Assembly: GCA_036172245.1 (NCBI GenBank)
Contig: JAYWIR010000058.1
Span: 124,001 to 188,000 of the forward strand
Direction of reading: 5' to 3'
DNA length: 64,000 nucleotides
Source: Raillietiella orientalis
Taxonomy: Eukaryota
Both the position numbers and the translations under genes were made by a program. Within the stretch, counting starts at the first letter, position 1. Each line of letters opens with the position of its first letter. Shown here piece after piece: positions 12,601 to 24,000 of this stretch. The notes under the pieces are model-generated. The model saw nothing but the letters and a program-made list of their open reading frames with translations, made no database searches and was not told the origin of the DNA.

Positions 12601-15600
12601 TTTTCGTTTGGGGCTACTTCCCCAGTTCCGCACTGCGGATCCAAGTAGGAGTCTTCCCGTGAGTTGGTCAGTGACCCTCCTAAGACATTCGGACCCACGC
12701 AGGATCCCAGTCTCCCCTCCCCCTCCTTCTTGTTTTGCTTCTCCTGCTTGCTTGCTGCATTCCTCTCTGACTGTAGCGAAACCCCAGGCGCGACCGAGCG
12801 AGTAGGCCAATCAGGTTGGGCAGAAGAACAGGGGAGCCATCCACTCGAGGGTGCCTCCTTTCGCCTCTGTCCGACGAACCCAGGAGCGTTCGTGTCCGCC
12901 GCCGCATTTCTTATCCCGCAAGCCGCGCGTTTGGGAATCCCGGGAGAAGCGAGCATGAATGGCGTCTACCCGGAAGGGCCTGGACGCTCGCAAGAAATCC
13001 ACCGGTGCTGGCGAAGCGTTGATCGAGCCTCCGTTCCCGAGAGCCGCTCGCAGCTGGAAGGGATAACTCCGGACCGGCAAGCATCCTTCTTTCCCATAAA
13101 CTCACGCCAGGAACCCCGGGGAATGGGATTCGGGGTTTGGGCGTGCGGCGCTGGATCCTGTCCTGAGCGTTCCTGGCGTGTGTTCACGAGAAGGAAGGAT
13201 TCGCGTCCTTCCGGCACCCCATTTCCAAGATTACTTCTCGAATTCCAAAACGTCAATAACGTTAATGAGGGAAAAATCTCCCCCAGCATTAATCACATTA
13301 ATCACACTTAACGTGATTAATCACACTGTGCTCGGGGTCATGTTTTTTTTTTTTTTCTTGCAAGTAATCAGATTAATAGTCAGAGCATTCGATCAGTGCA
13401 TCTCCTGTAGACGGACGGCCCTCGAGCCTGCGACGCATTAAGTGCCACGCCGGTTGGGGAAGAGTTCCTGGTCGGAGGGTCGCGCACTCCCCTCTTGTCT
13501 GGACCGAAGCGGATCCCGGGTGCGAGTCGTCCTGGGCTCTATCGCCTCACTCTGTGCCACGTCCGAGGCCGGAACGGGGGTCGTTCGCGGAAGCCCCCGG
13601 GGAGGGAGCGGCACAGGGCACCACCCGCGCCGACTTCGCGGGGCCGCGAGTGAGGCGAGAAATGGGTTCCGACTTGGGGAAGGAGAGAGGGAGGGGAGGG
13701 GGAAGGGACGCTCCTCTCTCCCAGTCGCATGACTCGCGGGGCGGAGGGGCAGCATTGGTTTCAACCGTTCCGAACTCGTAGAACGAAGGGATCGGGAGGA
13801 GAAGGCGCCCTCGGGCGGATGACTCCCCTCTTCTTTCCTTCCGGTCCCATCCAGTTGCACCTGACTAGCCTCTGGTCCATCTCCCCATTCCGGATCGACC
13901 CGCTTGCGAGAAGAAGAGAACCGCGGAAAAGGAAAAGGGGGAAGGGGAAGGACAGCGGCTTGGAGAGAGCCCCCCGTTTCCCGAAAGGTGCCTCGGTCGC
14001 TCAGCCCCGCAATGGGAGTCAGCGCTGAGGGTCGTTCACGCTGGGTCCGCGAGACACGCCTTCCGGCCCGCCGGAATTCCAAAGAATTTCTTTCCATCTG
14101 GAACTTTGGGATCCCTGCTCCCTCCTCTTCGGGAGACGTCATCTCGAGGAACCCAGATCAGCCGCGGCGAACAAGATAACGCTACCGCAAAGGGGAAGAG
14201 CTGCAGGAGCGCTACCCTGGCAACCCAACTCGATTTCTTAGGGGGAAGGGAAGACGGGGAGGACGCTTCTCCTGGACAGAGAAGAGGCTGAGGAAAACGC
14301 GGATGTCGGTGTGCATCTCCGCGGAAAATCAGGTGGGATTCCCACTTTTGGAACGGGCGCTGCGACGAGAGGTCGGATGAAGGATCCGCTGGGATGCAGA
14401 CTGATCGCAGCTCGGATCCGGCACAGATGAGGGAGACCTTGCGCGCCCTGAGTGCTCCAAGGACAACAGCATCTCGGTAGTGGGCGTGGTGGACTTTCGG
14501 CAGAGGGGAGAGAGAGGCTGCAGAGCCCTCAGCCGACGGCGGAATACGGGAAGAGAGCCAAACACGAGCTCCCCCCTCTACGCTCGATCGGGAGGGAGGG
14601 GAGGCGGAGTGCTCGTTGTTCCGGGTGACGGAAGCGCGCACCCTGCTCGGGAACGCCTCCTTTCCCTTCTCGTTGACTAAGGTGCCAAGATGCGATCACC
14701 AAGCGCGCTGCGGAAGGCGGCTCCAGGGGCACGCGGCCACGCTTAACCGACAAAGCGGGGCAGGGATCCTCCGAAGCTCCGTGGCACGCCCCCTTCCTCT
14801 CGCGCTGCCACATCGAAAGAGGCAGCTGCTTTCGGCAGCAGCCATGCCACGTGCGCCACCCGAGCGAGACCGCGAGGCGTTCCAGGAGTGCATCGCAGCG
14901 ACGGTCTTTCCGATCCGAACAATCAGAGTTTCGTGCCTGCTGTCTGGACCTGCCTTCCACGATCCTTCCACTCTCGGAGCTGCTTTATCAAACCATCTCT
15001 CTCGCTTCCTTGCGCTTGCGTTCCTCTCCTGGGTTTCCATGCGGTTCTTGGAACTCTCAGGTCTCCGTAAGCGAGCCGGGCGCGGGAAGAATTACCTGGA
15101 ATCTGTAGAAGGTCCCATCGTTCTTGACCGTCAAAACGTGATCGTCGATTGGGAACAAGTATCCGTAAGATGCCATCAAATTAGCCAGATGCAGCGCCTC
15201 GACTGAAAGAACGATGAATCAGTCACTCCCAGCAACTGCAACACAGCGTCAGCAGCAACTACAGGGTGACTGCGAGTCACAGCCGTGCACAGGTGAACAC
15301 GAACAAGAGCTCTGCTGAAACTCACATTTCGGAAGGAAGGGAAGGAAAAGACACCTGACTGTCCCTACAAACGGAATGTGGAATGAGGACAGCGGCACAG
15401 CTGAGATGACAGTGGGATAAACGAGACAAGGGTTTTCAGGAGCGTACAGTGATCTGGTACTTCCACGGAGCCGAGACACTCGGAAGAAAAATGCTGATTA
15501 CCTTGATCGATGTTCATGTGCTTCATGATCCATGAAACCAGATCGGCACCTGGAATCAAAGATGCAGTTGAAGATACTCGAATTCACTTGAAACCTGGGC

Positions 15601-18600
15601 GGCATGCACGTTGGACTTTTGGGCTCCTCGAGACGAGGGAGCTACGAGACGGAGTTTCTCGAAATGCTGCAGGACCTGGAGGCACATATTTCGTGGACCA
15701 TTCCACGTGAAGCAGCGCAGTCGATACCGATTCCGGTGATTCACGGTGAATCCCGCTAGTGGGCATCCCTCCCAGTCATTGGGGATATGCGTACGAATCT
15801 TTACAAAGATCGAGCACACGAGGAAGGGACAGACCGGTATTTTCACTGAGCGTGCTCGGGAGCGGCCAGTCATGTGACCTGACGGATAGAGGAAAGAAAT
15901 CGGAAAGAAACACGTGGCGCTCGAGCCCTCTCCCCGTGGAGTTGCCTCCGTCCCCTTGTTGCCATGGGTCCGACAACATGTCCGCTGTCCCTGAAGTCCA
16001 AACCAGGGTAATGAAGGAGAAACCGCTCTCTTGTCCTCCGCGGCTGATTCCTCCGTACCTCGGAGAGGTCGCTTCAAGTGCCGCATCCCTCCCGTCCCTA
16101 TACAACGGAGACCCCCGAAGTGCCGCGCAAGCGAAGGGAAAGCAGCGTAGCCGTTTGCGTCCATACGGTTTCGTCCTTGAAGATTCCCAACAACCGCTAG
16201 CCACCCTTTTCACCACCACGCCTTGCCTCGTCGCCCTTCGAGCACGCACGCGGTCTGCGCTCGCGGCTGCAACTGTATACTTGACGACCACAGACCGAGT
16301 CGACTTGGCAATCGAATCGAATCGAGTTGTCGCGTGATCAATTCGTCGAGGGCACGACTTGCTCACCATCGCCGACGAGGTGACCATCGCCGCGGTCCAG
16401 GTCGACTCCATCATCGACAATCGCCTGAAGCATCTTTATGGCGCCAAGCGCGCAAAAAAGGCACACGTGGCGGCTAACACCAGGCGGAGCGAAGGGCTGC
16501 TTTGCAGAGGATCGGGTCCGATGACAAATCCTACCAAAGCTCAGGAGAAACGGCCATCCGAGGGACGCATCCGTCGCCGTGCAAGTGCGAGGGGAGGAAC
16601 TTTCGGTTTCTGCGGAGGACACCGCGTCTGTTGCTGCTTTCCGCTAAGGTGCGGAACGCTGCTCAAGAAGTGGCTCCAAGGGGGTGGGAAACTGAAGATT
16701 TCAGAGCGAGGAATGTGCTGCGAACATCTGCTGTATGAGCTGTATGAATGTGCTGTATGAGCAAAAGAGGAAGAAAAGATCATGGATCCTCAAGGTCACA
16801 AACAGAAGGGCCAAGAAGAAGGCTGTTGGAAGTATGCAAGGTAGCAGTTCCTCTGGAGAGCCTCTGATTCTATCCGAACGAAGAGGTCGTTCTCCCCTGG
16901 AGGTCCACAACCCTCCAAGATTCCCGAAGGATGACACCTTCATATGTACAGCAGCAGCAGCAACAACAACAACGAATCCGAAGTCCCGGAACGGGAAAAG
17001 TGCGTTCTCCGCAGGGAGCGAACGAACCTCGGGTCAGCCGTCATGAGCAGCCCCTTCTGAGACGCTCCCGGAAACCTGGTCCACGGGCGTGGCGCCCACT
17101 GAGAGATTCTGCACTGGGCATCTTCGTCTGCTTTGGACCAGGTGGGCTCGGAAGGAAAGAAGAGAGGAGGATGGCGAAAAGAGTAACCCCACGGTTCCCT
17201 ACGATTGCAGAGTCGGACGGTCTGCCGTGAGGTGTGCGCTCGGAAGGGAGAGCGCTGGCTTCCGGCAGAGAGCATTTCCGTTCGAGGTCTGGCGCGCGAG
17301 AGCCTCGCGTTCTTCTGTAAGAGAAGCAGACAGGAGCCGCAGGGCAGTGAATGTTCCGGTCCTGGGGACGGAGGCCACGACCAATGCGAGAAAGGGTGAA
17401 GGTACTCTTTCCGTCGCCTCTTTTTGGGGGCAGCTCGTTACCGCCATGTAGGTCCTTCCAAGGCGTCTTCTGGAGGCAATGAGGGGATTAGCCGAGCCAG
17501 GAGGGCGCGACTGCTGCCATAGCCCCCTCGGAGCACCTCCCTCTCTCTGGCGAGGTTTCCCGCGATTCGGTCTCGAGGGCGGCGCAACCTCCTCCCAGTC
17601 CCGGATCGGGGAATGCGCGTGCGCCCCAGGAACCGCTGGAGCCATCGCAACGCCGATCTCTTTCTCGGATCCCGGGCCGCCTGGAAGCTCTCCGCTCTCC
17701 TTCTGACCAGGTTCAGCAGCGCCGTGACGAGTGGCGAAGATCGCCGGGACCATTCTTAAGAGGCACCTCCTCGCATGCCACCGGAGCAAGTCAATCTCCC
17801 AGAAGAGGAGGAGGGACGGAGAGGCAACCCTCTCTCCATGGCTGAGGTCTCCCTCCTTCCCCCACGCGTCCAATCAAATTCTTTGGGCATGGGTGCCTTG
17901 GAAGCGCTCCCTCAATTTCACTCTCCGTTTGTTGATGCCCTCTCGGTTTGCGGGGGACCTGAAGGATGGTGCGGGGATGTTGGGGTGGGGTGGGGTGGGG
18001 TGGTTGGATGCGATGCATGTCAGACACCGAGTAAGAAGGCGCCGGCAGATTGGACGGGAGCTGCTCATCCCTTTTTTTTTTTTTTTTCGCATCCGTCCTC
18101 TTCCCGGGTGCGCGCCGCGCGATTGCCACACAGTGCCAGCAGCATGGCGGTCGAAATGGCCGACGCCGCCTTGGGAAGTAGGACGATCGTCTGGGGAGCA
18201 TGTCCCGTGCTGAGGTGCCCGTTGGCCCGGAAACCGCTGCGGTAGGAGTCGGGAGGGGCTCCCAGCCGCTTCGCCTCGGATGGGAGGAAAAGAAAAGGGG
18301 AGGAGGGGGAGGAGGAAGATGGAGGAGGAGGGGAGAAAGAGAGAGGAGACGAGAGGGCATGCGTGCCCAATCCCGCTGGGGACCCGGCTAGCGGCAGGAT
18401 GTCGCAGAAAACACAGCTGACGAGAAGCGAATGGACCGCAGACACGCCAACAGCAACCCCCCGGAAATAAGAGGGGGATGGGAGTGTGGAGCTACGTGTG
18501 TCCAACTGGGAAGGTCATCGCTCTTGCCGGTGAAAGTGCGGCGCATCTCCAGCAGAGGCTCTGCGGCGGCGCGACTCGCTCCTGGAACTTTCTGCTCAGA

Positions 18601-20218
18601 GGCTTCCGATTGACTCGCACGTTGCGGGAGCTTCGGAAGTCTAGGGAGAAGAGGGTGAGACGCTCGCATCCCCGCCTCGTCTGCGGAGTCGAGGGTGACG
18701 CGCCGGGTCTCCCTAGAGCTCTCCGTGAGGAGTCTACCCCTCTCCACGGGACATTCTAGGGTAGAACCCTCCGCTGCCCCTTCCTCCTGCTTCCCCGGAA
18801 AGGAAGGATGAAGAGGGCTCTTCAGGGTGCGGATCAGCTCAGGACAGTGACGAAAGGGCGCCCCACTCCCCGAGAAAATAGGGCGCCGTGACGTCTGGAA
18901 GCCCTTGGGAAACGCCGTCTTGCAGGGAGCAGGGGGACGCGTAGGAGGGGCCAGTTCGACCGGAGCGGGGGGCAGAGGGAAAGTCCTTTACTGGGAAGAG
19001 AACAGCGGGCCAAGGGTCAAACAGGGGGTGGGAGACCCTCGTAGTCCCCATAGGAGGTCAGACGTACAGGGACCTCGCTTCTTTGGAGGAGGGAGCGGAC
19101 CAACTTTACACACCGCGCACCCTGATCGGACGGCTGCTCTGCGGAGCGGTTGCAGCGCTCAGGAAGGGATGCTGCGCTCCTCCCCTTCCTTCCGAAGAGG
19201 GATTCTTCCGCTCTCTCCCACCTTCATCTGCAGCCATCCTTTGCGATGGAGACGTTGGGAATTCATCGCCCACGAGCTTCCTGCTTCAGTGTGGTGGAAG
19301 AAAAGAGGAAGAGTTGATTCCATATTCTGGAAGACGGGAGGGGAAAGCTCGCGAAGAGACGCTTCCGGAAGGCGGATCCCAGGATCATCCTCCGCATCCA
19401 AGCGGATCCGTGGGGCGAAAAGGAGACTGCGCGCTCCCTTCCCCCTTCTTCGGGAATGCAAAGTTTACTTTCCGGGGATGCGACCGAAAAGGTGGTGAGG
19501 GCTATTGCCTCCAGGCATCCCAGCGACGGCAAGGCCACCCCAGGAACCAAGCCAAGGAGATCTCCCGGCATCCTGGCCGACCAGGGCATCAGCGGCGCTC
19601 AGAGGGGGACGCCTCCGGAATATGCGGCGCAGGGGGGTCAAGCGATCCACGGGTGCGCAACCTTTCGGGGGGGATGCTTTCCGACGCGGTCCTTCCGAGG
19701 TGCTGCGTTCGAAAGCAGGAGGTTCAGTACGGAGGAGATGTGGGGAGTTGGACCATCCGGTCTTAGTTGCCGTGCGCGCGCACGTGCAAATCAGCCGAGG
19801 AAGGTGACTGGTCGCCGAGTCAGGGTTGCTGAGCCACTGATCGCGCGTGCAAGATGACTTGCGTGTTTGCGGCTGGACCGATGACGCACCCATCTGTCTC
19901 CAGCTCGGCATTTCCTCCCGGAACCCAAAACCCGAGCGGAGAAGGGATGGGAAGAAACAGAACATCCCCCCGGGTGTGCTTTTCCTCCTCCTCCTTCTCC
20001 TGCTACTGCATCCTTTTTGGGGATCAACGGGTCAGAGCCGCTGCTGTCGTCAATCGCGCGGAGGGGGAGGAGACGCGCGCACCTTGCGCGTGCGCCAGAG
20101 CGCCTTCTTTAAAATGGACACCTGTGAACACGCTGGGTATTTTGGAAATGAAGCTTTTGACGGTCTTCACGGGAACGCCGTCGTGGTCATCCTGCATCCT
20201 CTCGACGATGGACTCCAT
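6469..20218 (-). CDS. RGS7: R7-family regulator of G-protein signalling (RGS7/EGL-10-like), partial spliced gene: five exons encoding the DEP and DHEX domains
   Basis: Spliced translation: [176 protein letters not shown]. This is the recognisable RGS6/RGS7/EGL-10 N-terminus. All four junctions are GT-AG and phase-compatible (1,1,0,1). Confidence 0.96.
7534..7618 (+). repeat. Two adjacent short tandem duplications
   Basis: gtttaatagaaa twice, then tccttctgctaaat(t/c)atgagaaatcaa twice. Confidence 0.85.
9271..9316. repeat. Perfect inverted repeat, 20-bp arms with 6-nt loop
   Basis: aaggagaggtaatggtgaaa-actgtg-tttcaccattacctctcctt. Confidence 0.97.
10201..10252 (-). CDS. RGS7: RGS7-like exon (52 nt), DEP-DHEX junction
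   Basis: Acceptor attttcag|ACT CCC TAT; encodes [17 protein letters not shown]; donor G|gtaagc, phase 1. Confidence 0.94.
10510..13145 (+). pseudogene. Long, heavily decayed 28S rDNA relic in an RGS intron
   Basis: Collinear anchors in LSU order: 10714 gttgaacccgataacaacgaac (~GTTGGGACCCGAAAGATGGTGAAC); 10820-10873 gaaaggtactag...agctggttcccctcc...ccctaag (~GAAAGACTAATCG...AGCTGGTTCCCTCCG...CCCTCAG); 12386 tcggagatcgatcccggaaacttgg (~TCGGCAA..GGATCCGTAACTTCGG); 13059 agggataact (AGGGATAACT); 13119 gggaatgggattcggggttt (~GGGAACGTGAGCTGGGTTT). Each anchor is weak; the conserved order is the main support. Confidence 0.55.
14050..14700 (+). pseudogene. Second decayed 28S rDNA relic (central LSU core)
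   Basis: 14455-14474 ctccaaggacaacagcatct matches CTCCAAGGTGAACAGCCTCT at 17/20; 14678-14693 taaggtgccaagatgc resembles TAAGGTAGCCAAATGC. The spacing is shorter than in intact 28S, implying internal deletion. Confidence 0.45.
15096..15202 (-). CDS. RGS7: RGS7-like exon (107 nt), DEP domain
   Basis: Not in the ORF track; found by manual translation. Acceptor ttctttcag|TC GAG GCG; encodes (V)[35 protein letters not shown]; donor CAG|gtaatt, phase 0. Confidence 0.96.
15502..15549 (-). CDS. RGS7: RGS7-like exon (48 nt), DEP domain
   Basis: Acceptor tttgattccag|GT GCC GAT; encodes (G)[15 protein letters not shown]; donor G|gtaatc, phase 1. Confidence 0.93.
17700..18250 (+). pseudogene. Possible decayed rDNA relic
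   Basis: 17733 ggcgaagatcgccgggaccat (~GGCGAAAGACTAATCGAACCAT); 18031 gtaagaaggcgcc (~GTAAGCAGAACTGGCGC); 18137 cagcagcatggcggtc (~CAGCAGGACGGTGGCC). The last anchor also resembles the SSU motif GTGCCAGCAGC, so the subunit assignment is ambiguous. Confidence 0.3.
20122..20218 (-). CDS. RGS7: RGS7-like exon (97 nt), start of DEP region
   Basis: Acceptor ...ctctttgcag|ATG GAG TCC; encodes [32 protein letters not shown](G); donor G|gtgtcc, phase 1. Confidence 0.95.
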
Positions 20219-21090
20219 CTGCAAAGAGTCAAAAAGGAGAAATCAAAGAATGAAGCGGCAGAATTCGCAGTGCTTCTCTTTTCTCTCTTTCAGCGCATGA
20301 GAAAAGGCGAAAAAAACTCACTGCGCCTGCCACACGCCAGGGTTCGGAACGAAAGTGGCGCGCGCCGCTGCAAAAGCGACGGAAGGTGCAGCAGGATCGG
20401 TAACAAACAGCACCACCTATTCCAAAGGGAGGCTGACCCGAACGCATAGGAAGACGCCTGACGTTGGCGTAGAGGATAGACGAAAGGAGGATCATCCCTT
20501 CTCGCACCTCCCACTTTCTCCAGATTCGCTCTTCTGCACCTTCTCTCTCGTTTGGAGGGCGGAGTGCGCTCGGAGGGAGACGTTCATCAGCCCACCCTGC
20601 CTTCGGAACTCGCTGGGAGGGAGGCGCGAGCGATGGACAGCGCCGCGCAGCGGGTCAGGGCCGGAGAGCAGCGAAAACATCTGCTGACCAGAGGAGGGTG
20701 GCGAGATGACCGTCCTTTTGAATGGATGGATGCTGGGAGGACATGACCACCGATACCCTAAGTTGCTCGCTTCCCGTCTGCCGCGGTGGACCACTATGGC
20801 AGCCGAACTGCGAGTCCGCAGTACTTCCTCAGACTCCAGATTTTCGGACCCTGTGATGTGACCTATTTCGTACGACTCTTGCATGTCATCCGTACAGTGG
20901 AGTGACCTCCGGGAAAAAATGTGCTCCTTTCTCGAGCTCCCTCGCTCTGGAGAGACGCGCGAGAGGAAAGGGAGCCTCTGGAGTTCGGTGCAATACACCC
21001 AACGCACCTGTCCAAGGGTGAGTGCCACGCATCCGCACCCCAGAACGGCAAGCAGGATTCCTCTGACCCTGGAGCTCCTGTTCCCTGGCT

Positions 21091-21241
21091 CCTCGAGAAA
21101 CCGGGGGTTTGCCTTCCGTGTTCGGTGGGCGCGGCACTCCACCAGGTAGGCGGCGCGTAATGAGGCTGCTGACCTCGGCCGCCAAGAACGACCAAGCTCT
21201 CTCCTAAGAGGGGCTGACGAGCTAAGTCGATCCTCCGGATC
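21091..21241 (+). pseudogene. Possible decayed 28S rDNA relic
   Basis: cctcgagaaaccggggg (~CCTTGAAAATCCGGGGG) followed by aagtcgatcctccggatc (~AAGTCGGCAAGCCGGATC), in LSU order. Confidence 0.33.
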
Positions 21242-22031
21242 GCTGGAGGAAGAAAAACAGCAGCAAGTTCACAGGAGACAGCACCGGACAAGTGCGACCG
21301 CCTCTATTCGACGGCGCCAGCCGTGTGCAGGTCAGTTCTGCTTTCGCTATCACGCTCTGAGAGAATGGCTGTCACACGGAGACGGCAACAGCCATTCGCA
21401 CGAAACGACAGCAAGTGCGTGGTTTGTAGTGCCGCAGGGTCGCCCGTTGGCAGCGCTCTCGGCACCGTCGCTCGCGTCTGCGCCGTCCTACGCCGTCGCG
21501 CGTGCACTGCCGCTGGCGTGTCGCACTTCGGTCCGTGCGAGCGCGCGTGTGTGCACGGAGGTGTTTGGCAGTCGCCACTGCGCGAGCGCGAGCGGTCAAA
21601 GCTTTTCGCTTGCCCGCGGGAGGCGTACCTGCGGCCCCTTCGCAAGTATTTTCCGCGTAAGGATAGACACCATTCGGCGGTAGCGCTCGCTTTCGCTTCG
21701 TTGTAAGGCAGCGGTGTTTGGCACTCGACCATCGTGCGCCCAGGGCAGGCAGGGTGGCGAGCGCGCGAACAGGGGTATGCTTGTTGCGGAAGCACAAGCT
21801 CTACTTTCCTTCGTACTTCAGTGAGTGCGTCAAGCTGCCTACAATGTTGGAAGAGGATGAGGAGCAGGAGCAAAAAAGTTGCAAGCTGAGAAGAAGGATG
21901 AGATCCGAGACCGCACGGTAGCAAGGAAAGCAACTGCTCTGTCCCGATTCCGTTCAAAGGCGGGCTCTTCCGCAAGCTCCTTGCCAAGCATCTTAGCCAC
22001 CTGGCTTCGCCTTCGCTGATTGCGTACTCGC

Positions 22032-22146
22032 TCGTGTATGCAATCCGTGAGGGAGGAGGAGGAGGCGCTGGTCGGTCTTCAAGTCTCGCAGCAGCGGTGC
22101 CTTGTGAGGTCCTTCCGGGGCACGCACAGGTCGTCGTCATCATCAT
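22032..22146 (-). CDS. Candidate first coding exon of the RGS7-like gene
   Basis: Reads MMMTTTCACPGRTSQGTAAARLEDRPAPPPPPSRIAYT. The end (PSRIAYT) resembles the P-x-x-h-h-Y-x-K motif that precedes ME.. in R7 RGS proteins, and it is followed by a GCGAGT donor-like site. The phase does not match the next exon (see findings). Confidence 0.45.
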
Positions 22147-22311
22147 CCATGCACTCGTAGCTGCCGGCTCGTTCGATTCTAGGTGCGTACGTGTGCGTTC
22201 ATCCCTGCATCCCAAGAGTAGACAGGAAATTAGAACGCCCTGCTCATCGGGTGACCATTGGCTTCGAGGCGCTGTTTGAAAGCTCCTCGGAGTTCTAAGT
22301 GCGAAAGCGAT

Positions 22312-24000
22312 CCCGAAAGTTGAACACACGGAAGGAAGGTGCCATGGCAGATTGTCATCCCAGGTGGATCGAGTTCTCGAGCTGGACCGAACCTGAGGGC
22401 CCTTGCGTGGAGCGCTGTTGCCTGTCGCGAAGCGGAGGGCCGTCCAGCCTTCCTGCCGACGAAGCATCGCACAACACACTTTTTCCTCGGGAGTGAGCTC
22501 TGGATCTCGCACTGGTCCTTCTCTTCTCACATCTGGAACGACACCAAAGCTTTTCTTCTGAGGTCTGTGGGGCCATGCTCTACGTCAGGCAAACCAGCAC
22601 AGCCACGTCTTGCTAGTCAACGGCTTCGTCGATCGAGATGGCGCAGAGTTCGAACTCCGATGATTCGCACCGGGAAAGATGTGTCGAATCGAGAGCACCA
22701 CTGGGGTTGTGCTACAGCGCCTCAGGGTCGTAACGTGCCCTCAGACGGTCGAACCTCTTGAGGTAATGTAATTTACGCATCTTCGCTGTCGCAGGTTTGT
22801 TAGGTTCCTGGGAATAAGGAATGACCAGGAGGTGGCTGCAAGTGGAGGCACCACTCGATCGTTTTTAAGGCGCTTGGGCTCCCGGGTGCGGTGCTTGGGA
22901 TGCACCCCTTCCGCGTGGGTAGATCGTTCTCTCTGCTCCATCGTTCCTGCTGTTCTCAGTCTTGCGGGGATGGCTGCAGGGAGGGCGATGTAAAGATGAA
23001 ACTCAGGAGGTCGAGTTTGTTGGAGTCGTTTGCCTGCAGGTTCACACGTCCTTTCCTCTTGTCACAAGCTCTTTTCGCAGCACGCACGCACGCACGCACA
23101 TACGCGCGCGCAGACGCATGGAGAGATCGATATCTCCCTCAGGAGCGACAGCGTTCCTTCGTGATTCTTGGCCTTCAAGAAGCGACGTATCCGAAGATAA
23201 ATAGGGTGTTTACGTTACCACCTCGGACGCATCCGAACGAAGGCTGTTTTCTTAAGTCATGCCGAGGGAAGATTTGTGGCTCACTCCGTTTACGGCAGCT
23301 GTCTCGCGCAAGCAAGGTAATTGAGACCATGGCCGCTTCGCAGGTTGCGAGTCCAACTTTCCTTCTGCCTTTGACGGCTCGAGTGATTTTTTTTCTTTTT
23401 TTTAGACGGAGACCGAGAAACCGAAGCCAGATTGCTCACATTTCGTGAAAATCTCTCCTCTGCGAAAGAACTCAGGGGCGCATCCCGAGTCACGATCGCA
23501 AAGAATTTTAGCAATGCTCGTGACCTCGGATCATGGCATTCTACCAGGGCTGGATGTTCATCCGTCTCGATCCTTGTCATTTCTCTGTATCGATTGGGCT
23601 TTTCAGTCTGAATTATCGAAAAGCAAGGAACGGATGATTCCCGATCCTCTCGGAGAGGACGAGAACGTTCCCCTTATTATTCCAAGGAAAGGTCAGCCAC
23701 TACCGAGAAGACCTCATGGTTTGCATCATCAAGATGGAGTCTCGAAAGCAGAGGCAAAGTATCTTTCTTGACGCAAAGAGATGCAATCCGAATCGCGGGC
23801 CGTTCTTACATACCTCTTTGGACCGTCCTCCTAGGAATCGACTCTGTTCCGGAAGCGATCTGTCTCGGAATGTTGAACGCGGGTTTCGGAAAACTACCCG
23901 AGCTCTTGGCGATCAATTTTCAGGCCGCAGGTCATTCTTATGGAGCAGCGAGCGACACGACCGACATCCAAAAAGATTCGAAGGATGAAACGAATTCCTG
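22312..24000 (+). pseudogene. Possible decayed 28S rDNA relic upstream of the candidate first RGS exon
   Basis: 22312 cccgaaagttgaacacacggaaggaagg (~CCCGTCTTGAAACACGGACCAAGG); 22805 ttcctgggaataaggaatg (~TTCGGGATAAGGATTG); 23980 gaaggatgaaacgaattcc (~GAATGGATGAACGAGATTCC). The order is correct for LSU. Confidence 0.35.
23078..23112 (+). repeat. (GCAC)n microsatellite followed by a (CG)n run
   Basis: cagcacgcacgcacgcacgcacatacgcgcgcgca. Confidence 0.85.

Noticed and set aside
16200..16700. Coding-like stretch (..[34 protein letters not shown]..) as a gene or LINE ORF1 relic
   Set aside because: It has an internal stop and no diagnostic motif; it may be a TE relic but cannot be assigned.
21304..22530. 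The 408-aa ORF, longest in the window, as a single-exon gene
   Set aside because: No domain is recognisable and the composition is GC-driven; only the ~38-codon segment at 22032-22146 looks meaningful.
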